From IMG/VR virus record IMGVR_UViG_3300045988_142718: a stretch of DNA of 64,000 bases. The stretch is one strand, 5' to 3'. This DNA comes from a virus. The position numbers were made by a program, and so were the translations under genes. The stretch's first letter is position 1, and each line of letters starts with the position of its first letter. The notes beneath the pieces were generated by a model, which saw nothing but the letters and a program-made list of their open reading frames with translations, ran no database searches and was not told the origin of the DNA. This document shows, one piece after another, positions 28,932 through 37,975 of this stretch.

Positions 28932-29722
28932 GAATCTACACTTCAAGTTATGAATTAATGTCGGAGACTATGCGGAACTGTATTGAGATGGGTTCTATAG
29001 TTAGACCCAAATCTTATCAGAACAAAAACATTGAAGGACAAGAGGATTACATTACAAAAGAAGTAATCTGTCATCAGTACTGTTTAACTTCTTTGGGAGA
29101 CCCAAAATGGTTATTCTTAGCTGATAAAAGGAGTAAACAATGGGTAGAAGAGGAATTCAAGGAAAGAATCCATGATCCTTTAGAGAGCCCAGATAAATTC
29201 TCCCATATTAACCCAGGATCAGCATTCCTTATCAGAGAAGATGTTTGGAGACCATTCTTAGTAAATGGGAAATTCGATTATACCTACAATGAAAGATTAA
29301 GATTTGGATGGACTGATTCTAAAGGAATTAATCACCAAGATCGGATTTGGGATGCTTTAAAAGCAGTAAGGGATGAGTTAATTAGGAACCCAGATACTCG
29401 CCAGGCAGTAATCCCAATCTTTCATCCGACAGATGTAAAATATATTGGAGGAGAAAGAAGAGTACCTTGCTCAATGTATTATGACTTCTTAATCCGAGAA
29501 ATAAAAGGTAAAAAGAGATTACACATCTGTTATCACCAAAGGTCATCCGATTTGGTAACTCATTTTGGTAATGATGTATACCTTGCATGGAAACTTATGG
29601 AGTACATGGCTGAGCAAACAGGGAATGAACCAGGATATTTATATCACACTATCGATTCCCTCCATTCATATAAAAAGGACTGGGTATTACTCAAACAATG
29701 TTTGGATGATATCACAGAATGA
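28928..29722 (+). CDS. Thymidylate synthase family enzyme (dUMP/dCMP C5 methylase or hydroxymethylase)
   Basis: RNPDTRQAVIPIFHP, VPCSMYYDF, ICYHQRSSDLVTHFGNDVYLAWKLM and DSLHSY parallel ThyA NPDSRR, PCH, YQRSCD, PFNIASY and DTHLY. Confidence 0.8.
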   Translation: MRIYTSSYELMSETMRNCIEMGSIVRPKSYQNKNIEGQEDYITKEVICHQYCLTSLGDPKWLFLADKRSKQWVEEEFKERIHDPLESPDKFSHINPGSAFLIREDVWRPFLVNGKFDYTYNERLRFGWTDSKGINHQDRIWDALKAVRDELIRNPDTRQAVIPIFHPTDVKYIGGERRVPCSMYYDFLIREIKGKKRLHICYHQRSSDLVTHFGNDVYLAWKLMEYMAEQTGNEPGYLYHTIDSLHSYKKDWVLLKQCLDDITE

Positions 29723-29803
29723 ATGAATAATTGGGAAAAAGAATGGATTAAAACTTTAGCCTCTATCATGATTTGGTAGAGGCTTCTTAATTTATATAAG
29801 AAT

Positions 29804-32800
29804 ATGGGCAAACCAAAAACAAAATATCACATCTTGGAGAACGAGCAACAATTAGATATGTTAATTGATGCTTGTAAGAAAACTGGATATGCTTCGGTAG
29901 ACTTTGAGACTACTGGTAATCGAATATATAATAATGATTTTTATCCTACGATTTTAGGGGTATGCTTCGAACCAGGTAGGGCAGGAGTAATCCCTTTAGG
30001 TCATTTCGATTCGAAATTTAAAAAATCCTGGAAAACAAAGCTTCAGAAATTTGGAGAAGAAGTTATTGCTAACGAAAATATTGTTAAGGTTGCATGGAAT
30101 GCTAAATTTGATATGCAAGTATTTCACAAATATGGTATCTTTCATAAAGGTAGGTTATTTGATGGGATGCTTGCTAAATATGTTTTGGATGAGGCTAAGC
30201 CAAATGATCTAAAGTCCATGGTTAGAAGGTTCCTTCCTAAATTTGGAGATTACGAAGAAGATTACGAGGGATGTAATCTACCCTGGGATCAAAAACCTTT
30301 ATTAGGATTATCCCAGTACTGTGCTATAGATACTGATATGTGTTTAAGATTATTCCTATTCTTCGAAAAGAAGATGATGGATAAGAAATTCTATCATCTA
30401 TTCAGAAATCTTATTATGCCAGCTTCTAACCTATTAACAAAGGTAGAGACAAGAGGACAAAGACTTGATAAAGAATGGCATGGGAAATTAATGGGGGAAT
30501 ATCCAAGAAGGATACTAGAAGCAGAAACCAAGGTAAGAGCCCTTAAAAAGGTAAAGAGATTTGAGAAATCCCTCATCCAACAGAGATTGGATAAAGCAAT
30601 ATCGAAGATAGAAGAAGAGATCAGAGAATCTAAGAAAGTAATAAAAACATCAGATGATTCTCGAAAAATTGCTTCTGCTGAAAGGTCAATTAAAAATAGA
30701 GAAGAAAAGATTGCCAGATTAATGGCTGGAGAATTTAATACTAAATCAGAGAAAGCCATAATAGAACCCATAAATTTTGGGTCAGCTTCACAAATGACAC
30801 AACTCCTTTTCACTGATCCAAAAGGATTCAGATTTCCAGTAGTAAAATATACACAAAAAGATAAAAGGGATACCGATAACCCTTCTTCATCAGAAGCAGT
30901 ATTATTGGAATTACAAAAAACAGATAAAACTGGATTTATTGATACGCTTCTAGAATTAAGGGGACTTAAACAGATTAATAATATGTTTGTAAAGGGATTT
31001 GCAAACTTAGTTCAAGATGATGGCAGATTGCATCCAAAATTTAATATTCATGGTACTCGTACAGGGAGATTATCATCAGCAGACCCAAACAGTCAGCAGC
31101 TCCCCAGGGTTGCAACGGATCCAACAATTAGACGTTGTTTGGTTGCATCTCCAGGTAGACTCTATCTAATGATGGATTATAGCCAATGTATAGATGGGGA
31201 TTCTTATATCTTTTGTAATACCGGAATAAAGAAGTTAAAAGAGATTATTCCTGGGAAAGATAAAATTTGTATGATTGACCCCCAGCATAAAAACAAACAC
31301 CGAGTTCTCAATATAAAGGTTCTTGCAAATAAGGGTAAGGCAGAATGCCTAAGGATTACAACAAATACTGGTAGGCAACTGATATTAACAGAAGAACATC
31401 CAGTAAAAACTAAACAAGGATTTACATTAGCTAAAGACCTTAAATTAAATGGTACATTATATATCGAAAACTTATTCGGTACTAAATCTGTTGGTAGGCT
31501 TCTCATAAATTCAGATGAAGCATACATTGCGGGATTATTCTATGGTGATGGTCATTACCCTAAAGAAAAATCTGGTAAAAGAAAACCAACTGATATGTCC
31601 ATATTCTTTTCAACTGGATCGGACAGAGAGGAATTACAACCTTTACTGGATAATTACTTTGGTTGTGAATTCTATGGGCCAAAAAATACTTCAAGGGGTA
31701 TTAGAGGTCATAGTGATAAGGTTCTCTCTTTTTATAAGAAATACCCAAAGAAGGATTCTCATGAAATGGAAATCCCAAAGAGGATCCTAAAGTCGGACTT
31801 CGAATCCAAGATGAATTTTATTGGAGGTCAAATTGACTCAGATGGTTCTATTGGTAATGGTAGGTTTAGGTATACTTCTGCTTGTGAACCTTATATTCGA
31901 CAATTACAACTACTCTTTCAATCAGTTGGGTTTCATGGTATAATCAGAAGTACAACTACGATTTTAAATGAGAATGAGTATACAGAATATCATTTAATCG
32001 TAAATTATGGGTTATCCAGACTTAAGCCCTACTTGAGACTTAAAAGAAAAAAACAAGAAATTATTGATTGGGAATTGAGCAAACAATATGCCGTCCCTGC
32101 AAATAAAACCTCTCACTGTTCCACACAAAGAATACCTTTAGAAATTTATCAAGATTTGCCCAGAACTTCAGAATTTCATAAAACTTATAGGAATTCTTTA
32201 AGAAAGGGTAGACTTATACACAGTACATTAGAAACATATATTGATGAACTTTCTGAACTTGATTCTAGATGGTTGGATGTACATCATTTTATGTATGAGC
32301 AAATTACTAACATAGAAAAGGTTGGTAAACGAGAAGTATACGATATGGAAGTTGAAAACTTACATGAATTTAATCCCAATGGTATCCGGGTTCATAACTG
32401 TGAACTTAGACTAATGGCTCACCTATCAAAATGTAAAGGTTTGTTGGAAGCATTTGCAAAAGGTTGGGATCCTCACTTATCAGTAGCATGTAAAAAATAT
32501 GGAGTAAATTACGATGATATTTATCCAATATATAAAGATGAACAACATCCAGATTATACCACATGGAAAATTCGAAGAAAGCAAGCTAAGCACATTGTTT
32601 TCGGATGTATCTATCATATTGGTGCAGCTAAACTTGCAGAAGAACTTTCAGACCCAAAAACAGGGTTAGTAGTAACACCAAAAGAATCACAGGGATTCTT
32701 GGATGATTTTTTTAAGGACTTCCCAGAAGTAAAGAAGTTCATGGACAATCAGATGAAGTTTATCCATAAGCATGGATACATAAAAACATTATTCGGTAGA

Positions 32801-33307
32801 AAAAGAAGATGCCCAGAGATCTTTGGTGATAATCAGATGCAAATTGTAGCTGCTGAGAATGCCGCAATCAATACCCCATCACAGTCTGCTGCTTCTGATA
32901 TGGCATTGTTTACATCAATCCTAATTGATGAGCTCATTCAAAAAGGAGAATTTCCAGATTTACAAGAAGTAGGTACTGTCCATGACTCCATATATTTTGA
33001 TACATTACCTCAAGACATCAATCCAAAGACCGTATATCAACTTTGGGACATGGCAAGAAATCCCAGTACAAAAGAATGGTTCGGATTCCAAATCGATGAC
33101 ATAGATATGTCAATGGATTTCGAAGTAGGAAGGTCCCAGGGAGAAGAATTACCCTTTGCAGTGGGATATGATTATAATCGATTATTAAATTTCAAAGGGG
33201 AATGGAAAGGGTCCAAGGAAGAAGAATATTATTTTTCACTGGTAAACAAATGTAAATCAGTAGATATCAAGGACTATCCAAAGGTTTACCCAGAGTATTT
33301 CAAGTGA
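29804..33307 (+). CDS. polA: Family A DNA polymerase with 3'-5' exonuclease, intein-interrupted
   Basis: Exo motifs SVDFETTG, NAKFDMQV and YCAIDTD. Motif A is DYSQ|intein|CELRLMAH, motif B is RRKQAKHIVFGCIYHIG and motif C is TVHDS. Confidence 0.9.
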   Translation: MGKPKTKYHILENEQQLDMLIDACKKTGYASVDFETTGNRIYNNDFYPTILGVCFEPGRAGVIPLGHFDSKFKKSWKTKLQKFGEEVIANENIVKVAWNAKFDMQVFHKYGIFHKGRLFDGMLAKYVLDEAKPNDLKSMVRRFLPKFGDYEEDYEGCNLPWDQKPLLGLSQYCAIDTDMCLRLFLFFEKKMMDKKFYHLFRNLIMPASNLLTKVETRGQRLDKEWHGKLMGEYPRRILEAETKVRALKKVKRFEKSLIQQRLDKAISKIEEEIRESKKVIKTSDDSRKIASAERSIKNREEKIARLMAGEFNTKSEKAIIEPINFGSASQMTQLLFTDPKGFRFPVVKYTQKDKRDTDNPSSSEAVLLELQKTDKTGFIDTLLELRGLKQINNMFVKGFANLVQDDGRLHPKFNIHGTRTGRLSSADPNSQQLPRVATDPTIRRCLVASPGRLYLMMDYSQCIDGDSYIFCNTGIKKLKEIIPGKDKICMIDPQHKNKHRVLNIKVLANKGKAECLRITTNTGRQLILTEEHPVKTKQGFTLAKDLKLNGTLYIENLFGTKSVGRLLINSDEAYIAGLFYGDGHYPKEKSGKRKPTDMSIFFSTGSDREELQPLLDNYFGCEFYGPKNTSRGIRGHSDKVLSFYKKYPKKDSHEMEIPKRILKSDFESKMNFIGGQIDSDGSIGNGRFRYTSACEPYIRQLQLLFQSVGFHGIIRSTTTILNENEYTEYHLIVNYGLSRLKPYLRLKRKKQEIIDWELSKQYAVPANKTSHCSTQRIPLEIYQDLPRTSEFHKTYRNSLRKGRLIHSTLETYIDELSELDSRWLDVHHFMYEQITNIEKVGKREVYDMEVENLHEFNPNGIRVHNCELRLMAHLSKCKGLLEAFAKGWDPHLSVACKKYGVNYDDIYPIYKDEQHPDYTTWKIRRKQAKHIVFGCIYHIGAAKLAEELSDPKTGLVVTPKESQGFLDDFFKDFPEVKKFMDNQMKFIHKHGYIKTLFGRKRRCPEIFGDNQMQIVAAENAAINTPSQSAASDMALFTSILIDELIQKGEFPDLQEVGTVHDSIYFDTLPQDINPKTVYQLWDMARNPSTKEWFGFQIDDIDMSMDFEVGRSQGEELPFAVGYDYNRLLNFKGEWKGSKEEEYYFSLVNKCKSVDIKDYPKVYPEYFK
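31187..32398 (+). mobile_element. Class 1 intein with LAGLIDADG homing endonuclease in Pol A motif A
   Basis: 404 codons. It starts CIDGDSYIF, has block B LILTEEHPV and ends GIRVHN, followed by Cys+1. LAGLIDADG boxes are YIAGLFYGDGHY and FIGGQIDSDGSI. Excision restores DYSQ-CELR. Confidence 0.85.
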
Positions 33308-33341
33308 ACTAATTAAATTAAATTTTAAACATACATATATT

Positions 33342-33575
33342 ATGAAAGATGAAAAACGAGGGATAATCATATCCCTAATAATTTGGGTTTTACTTATGTT
33401 TATGTCCATTACTCGATGGATGGGTGATGGAATCCTAAAAGAGATTGGGGATTACATTGCTATCACATTTGGCGTAATAATTACTCTGTTGGTGGGAATA
33501 GGAACTTGGAGTATGAGATCATTTATTAAACAATATGGAGGAACAGAAGATGAGGATAGTACAAAGAGGAATTAA
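33342..33575 (+). CDS. Small membrane protein (two TM helices)
   Basis: Hydrophobic segments GIIISLIIWVLLMFMSI and IAITFGVIITLLVGIGTW. Confidence 0.55.
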   Translation: MKDEKRGIIISLIIWVLLMFMSITRWMGDGILKEIGDYIAITFGVIITLLVGIGTWSMRSFIKQYGGTEDEDSTKRN

Positions 33576-33837
33576 TCTTAGGGTAACTAAACCTAAGCCC
33601 ATAATTTGCCCCAAATGCGGATGTGCTTTTGAAGTACAGAGTCCCAGGGATGTAATCCATTCAGTTCATCCAGTTAATACAAATTTCGTTGAACAGATGA
33701 TTGTTATATGCCCAAATTCTTCCTGTAGATTTGAACATAGACTTTCTTTTGAAAAGATCAAATCTATAAAACAGAGCTTTCCAGATTATCCATGGGATAA
33801 TGGGTCCAATACATCAATAGACACCATAACTACCTAA
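33535..33837 (+). CDS. Hypothetical zinc-ribbon-like protein
   Basis: Contains CPKCGC...CPNSSC. The gene overlaps the upstream ORF, so the start is uncertain. Confidence 0.5.
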   Translation: MEEQKMRIVQRGINLRVTKPKPIICPKCGCAFEVQSPRDVIHSVHPVNTNFVEQMIVICPNSSCRFEHRLSFEKIKSIKQSFPDYPWDNGSNTSIDTITT

Positions 33838-33842
33838 GATTT

Positions 33843-34289
33843 ATGAGGGATTCCAGTATAAAAGAACTTAAGAGGGAGTCCTCTATAAATCACCTAACAG
33901 TAAGGGTAAGAGGTAAAAAACTCGATATAGACCTATCAAAGGAATTGGCAATTAATGAAACTTCCATTAATAAACTGATCTCAGAAAATCCTTCAAGTTA
34001 CTCCTTAATCTCAATTTTAAAATCCAAGGCAGTAGCCGAGAGGGATCAATTAGAAAGGGAAAAGGATAGGATCTTTTCTCAAGTTTATGTTTCTGTGGTA
34101 GACAGTAATCCTAAAGCTACAAAAGAATACGCAACACATAAAGCAAATGCTAACACAAAATATCAAGTTGCAAATGATAAATTTTTGGAAGCTAAGGAAT
34201 ACGCAGATAAATTAATTTCTATCTGTAAAGCTTTTGAAATGAAAGCTCAACTACTACAAACATTCTCATCCAATATCAGAAAAGAGTGA
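33843..34289 (+). CDS. Hypothetical coiled-coil protein
   Basis: 148-aa ORF in the co-oriented gene string. Confidence 0.5.
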   Translation: MRDSSIKELKRESSINHLTVRVRGKKLDIDLSKELAINETSINKLISENPSSYSLISILKSKAVAERDQLEREKDRIFSQVYVSVVDSNPKATKEYATHKANANTKYQVANDKFLEAKEYADKLISICKAFEMKAQLLQTFSSNIRKE

Positions 34290-34326
34290 ACACTATTTAT
34301 TAATCACATAAAATTATTATCTTATT

Positions 34327-34689
34327 ATGAATGTTATTCAGAACTTACTTACTAAAGAAGCTGCATTAAGAGTATCTCAGAATATTCCAGGTACTCCAAC
34401 TGAAGATCGGATCCTTTTAGCAGTACCTAAAGATGATGCAAGGACTGCCAGTGGTTTAATCATTCCAGGTAAACCAGAAGATTATCCCAGAAAAGGGGTA
34501 ATCGTAAAAATGGGATTAATGGAGCAAGACAGAAAGATCAATAAACATTTAGAAATTGGTCAAATCGTTACTTATGGGAATTACGCTGGAAAGGATATTT
34601 CTTTCGATAATGGATATTCTTTAGAATCCGTTAAATTTGTGGTACTCTCAATTGAAGAGGTTATCTATATAGAACAAAACAATCATTAA
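34327..34689 (+). CDS. groES: Co-chaperonin GroES/Cpn10-like
   Basis: DRILLAVPKDDARTASGLIIPGKPEDYPRKGVIVKMG and IGQIVTYGNYAG...VVLSIEEVIYI parallel GroES DRVIVK..KSAGGIVL..G.V.AVG and VGD.V....Y. Confidence 0.75.
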   Translation: MNVIQNLLTKEAALRVSQNIPGTPTEDRILLAVPKDDARTASGLIIPGKPEDYPRKGVIVKMGLMEQDRKINKHLEIGQIVTYGNYAGKDISFDNGYSLESVKFVVLSIEEVIYIEQNNH

Positions 34690-34703
34690 TATTTTGATAT
34701 ATC

Positions 34704-35483
34704 ATGAAGAAAGTAAAAACAGAAAAGAAAGGTCTTTCCATGAGGGAAAAACTTTTGGCTAGAAAAAAAGAGCTGGAGAAGAAAGGATCCGGTGGTGGAA
34801 TGATTTATCCCAAAGAGGGAACCATTCGCTTCAGAATAAAGGATCCGGGAGAAGATTGCGAACTAGCTATCGAAATTATTCAGTTCTACTTAGGGCCAAA
34901 ATTAGGTGGAGTAATCTCTCCAGCTACCTTCAACGAAGATTGCCCATTCATGGAGAAATACCTGGAACTAAAGGAAAGTAAGGATGAAGATGATAAACTT
35001 CTTGCAAAGAAACTGGTTCCAAAAAGAAAATATGTAATCGCAGTAGTTGCATATAAAGATGAAAAGGGAAAAGAAGTCGATGAACAGAACATTGATAAAC
35101 CAATGTTAATCCCCAAACAAGCTTACCAGGATATCATTGATCTCTACTTGGATGAGGATGAATGGGGAGATATGACTTCCATCAAAAATGGATACGATTT
35201 GAAATTAACCCGTTCTGGTAAAGGTCAAATGGATACCACTTATACCATTTCACCATGTCAGAAAAAACCTCTGGATAAGAAATATGCTAAGCCAGTTAAT
35301 CTTGAGGAAATGGTAAGAAAACATATCCTTCCTTACGATGAACTAGAGGATAAATTAAACGAATTTCTTTGTGGTGGGGTTGATGATGATGATGATGAAG
35401 ATGATACTCCAAAAAAGAAAAAGAAATCCTTAAAGGACAAGGATAAGAAGAAAAAGAAAAAAGCTAAAGGCTCTGATATTTAA
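34704..35483 (+). CDS. Single-stranded DNA-binding protein, gp32-like (putative)
   Basis: It lies adjacent to recA. GTIRFRIKDPGED...EDCPF...RKYVIAVVAY...GYDLKLTRSG resembles the gp32 core, followed by an acidic DDDDDEDD run and a Lys tail. Confidence 0.55.
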   Translation: MKKVKTEKKGLSMREKLLARKKELEKKGSGGGMIYPKEGTIRFRIKDPGEDCELAIEIIQFYLGPKLGGVISPATFNEDCPFMEKYLELKESKDEDDKLLAKKLVPKRKYVIAVVAYKDEKGKEVDEQNIDKPMLIPKQAYQDIIDLYLDEDEWGDMTSIKNGYDLKLTRSGKGQMDTTYTISPCQKKPLDKKYAKPVNLEEMVRKHILPYDELEDKLNEFLCGGVDDDDDEDDTPKKKKKSLKDKDKKKKKKAKGSDI

Positions 35484-35510
35484 AAAATCCATATCACTCG
35501 TAATAAAGTT

Positions 35511-35548
35511 AAAGGGAGTATGCCTTCAATTGGGTTGCTCCCTTTTTT
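35511..35548 (+). terminator. Intrinsic terminator
   Basis: Stem aaagggag / ctcccttt followed by T's. Confidence 0.8.
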
Positions 35549-35573
35549 AATCTAAAACAAATCATCATACACT

Positions 35574-37847
35574 ATGGCAAAGAAAGTAAAGATAGGGATA
35601 AAGGTCCCAACATCCAGCGAGCTTAATAGAAGGTATGGGAATTTATTAATTAATCCCAGTACACAAGAAAGACCCAAGTTATGGTTACCCTCAAGATTCT
35701 TAGCTTTAAATTATCAGTATGGTGGAGGAATCCCTTTTGGTAAGATACTGGAAGTCATGGGCCAAGAATCAAGTGGGAAAGCAGTTCCTTTGGATTCTCC
35801 AGTTTTAACCCCTACTGGATATAAATTAATGGGAGAATTATCTCTATCAGATAAAGTAATGGACCCAGTTTCTGGGGATCCAATCTCCATTATTGGAATA
35901 TACCCTCAAGGGTTAAAACGAGTATACAAGGTTACATTTAGAGATGGTGCTTCAGCAGAATGCTCAGAGGATCATTTATGGGAAGTACAATTCAGATCTC
36001 ACAATCAGTATAAGTCTCAAGTATTAACCCTAAAAGAGATTTTAGAAAAAGGGTACAGAACAAAAAGGGCTTCTGGTAAAGGTAAATTTAAATATAAATA
36101 TAACATACCAAGTACCATACCGTTAAACTTTGAAAAAAAAGAGTTACCCATTCATCCATATATATTGGGATACATATTAGGTGATGGAGGTTTAGGTAGA
36201 GCAAATTATATTATGTTTAATATTGGATTAGAAGATGCTGATTCATTTAAACATAATATTTCTAAGTTCCTTAAAGAAGGGGCTGAATTAGAAGATAAGG
36301 GCATCTATGAAAATCCATTTGGGAAAACTCATAGATTTATCTTAAAGGGGTATTCAAAGGAAATAAGATCCTTATGCTTAGAGGGGAAATTATCCTCAGA
36401 TAAGTTTATCCCGGAAGATTACCTTTGGTCTTCAGTAGAAGATAGGAAGTACTTATTATCGGGATTACTTGATTCTGATGGTACTATTGGTGAACAGCAC
36501 AATCGAGCAAAATACTCCTCACGATTTAAGTTCTCATCCACTTCTTCAAAGATGATAAAACAGTTAGTACAAGTAGTACGATCACTTGGGGGATTTATAA
36601 CAGAACCAAAATCGAAGGTTCGAGAACGTCAGTTCGAGGGTTATGAAAAAAGAATTTCAAAGGAGATTAGAACTGGAGGTAGATTGCCATTTAATCCATT
36701 CATGTTAGAGAGAAAAAGAAAACAGTATCAAGTAAAAATAGAGAACCAAACCAAATCCGCTAATTATAGAAGGTCCATTATCGATATCTCATATATTGGT
36801 AAAAAAGAATGTCAATGTATAAAGGTAAGTTCTGAAAGAGGGTTATTCATGTTGAATGATTTCATTGTTACTCATAATACTCTGGTAGCTTATGACTTTG
36901 CATATTGTACCCAACAATTGGGAGGCCATGTTATTTGGGTTGATGCCGAGCAATCTTGGGATAATTCATGGGCAGAACAAAACGGAATAGAATTGGATAA
37001 AGTTACAATCATCAGTTCAACCGAGATAGAAACAATTTCTGATGCTATTGCCGATTTATCCATTCTATGGAGAAGCAAGTTAACTCATAATGAACCAATC
37101 CTTCTAGTAGTGGATTCTATAGCTGCTATGGACTGTACAGAAAACATTAATATAAAAATGACCGATTGTAAAGCCGAGATGGGGGGCAGAGCTAAGGCAT
37201 TGTATAAAATGTTTAGGATCAGAACAGAACTTCTCTCTAAGCTGGGCATCACTCAAATTTATATCAATCAATTAAGGGTAGCTTTAAATGTGGGATTTGG
37301 TCAAGATAACACTACTTCAACTGGAGGGAAAGCTCTTGGATTCTATGCTTCTATCCGTTCTGCATTTTATGCTGGAAAACAAGTTACTAAAAAGGTAAAG
37401 GGTAAAGAAAGAAAGGTAGGGAAGTTAGTAAGTATACGCCCAATTAAGAACAAGGTATCACCCTTGAGGAATACAATCTCTAAAGCTCCCATATATTTCA
37501 ATCCAAAATACGTTGAATATGTGGGTTTTGATAGATATCATGGATTTGCAGATATTCTGGTTGAAGAAGACGTATTGGAGAAAACCTCTGGAGGCATCTA
37601 TAAGTATAAGGGAAAAACAGTTGCAAGAGGTGAAGAGAAATTTCAATCTGTAGTAGAAGAGGATGATAAGCTTAGAAGAAAATTGATTAAAGCTTGTGGA
37701 ATAAACACTATCAGTGTTACCCAGAGTAAAATTGATGAGCTTGTAGAAAAGGGTATAAACCTCTTCCCAGTAGATGGAAATTTGGATTATGAATCTCAAT
37801 CCGATGATTCAGAAGATGAAGAAGAGGAAGAAGAATTCGAAGATTAA
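35574..37847 (+). CDS. recA: RecA-family recombinase, intein-interrupted
   Basis: GGIPFGKILEVMGQESSGK|intein|TLVAYDF. Other RecA motifs are VDAEQS, LLVVDSIAAM, YINQLR, TTSTGGKALGFYASIR and IKNKVSP. The C-terminal tail is acidic. Confidence 0.9.
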   Translation: MAKKVKIGIKVPTSSELNRRYGNLLINPSTQERPKLWLPSRFLALNYQYGGGIPFGKILEVMGQESSGKAVPLDSPVLTPTGYKLMGELSLSDKVMDPVSGDPISIIGIYPQGLKRVYKVTFRDGASAECSEDHLWEVQFRSHNQYKSQVLTLKEILEKGYRTKRASGKGKFKYKYNIPSTIPLNFEKKELPIHPYILGYILGDGGLGRANYIMFNIGLEDADSFKHNISKFLKEGAELEDKGIYENPFGKTHRFILKGYSKEIRSLCLEGKLSSDKFIPEDYLWSSVEDRKYLLSGLLDSDGTIGEQHNRAKYSSRFKFSSTSSKMIKQLVQVVRSLGGFITEPKSKVRERQFEGYEKRISKEIRTGGRLPFNPFMLERKRKQYQVKIENQTKSANYRRSIIDISYIGKKECQCIKVSSERGLFMLNDFIVTHNTLVAYDFAYCTQQLGGHVIWVDAEQSWDNSWAEQNGIELDKVTIISSTEIETISDAIADLSILWRSKLTHNEPILLVVDSIAAMDCTENINIKMTDCKAEMGGRAKALYKMFRIRTELLSKLGITQIYINQLRVALNVGFGQDNTTSTGGKALGFYASIRSAFYAGKQVTKKVKGKERKVGKLVSIRPIKNKVSPLRNTISKAPIYFNPKYVEYVGFDRYHGFADILVEEDVLEKTSGGIYKYKGKTVARGEEKFQSVVEEDDKLRRKLIKACGINTISVTQSKIDELVEKGINLFPVDGNLDYESQSDDSEDEEEEEEFED
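35781..36878 (+). mobile_element. Intein with LAGLIDADG endonuclease in the RecA Walker A loop, with class 3-like signature
   Basis: 366 codons. It starts AVPLDSPVLTPTG (Ala1), has block B GASAECSEDHLW and block F ECQCIKV, and ends IVTHN with Thr+1. LAGLIDADG boxes are YILGYILGDGGL and LLSGLLDSDGTI. Confidence 0.8.
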
Positions 37848-37975
37848 AGTAGTGGTAGCCATTGTCCCAAAAGGGAGGATGGTACCTTGCTTTCAAGTAG
37901 TATCTGCAGGCTCATTAAATAATCCCAGAGTTATATTTTTATATCAAGAATTACAATGAAAGAAGAAAGGATATT

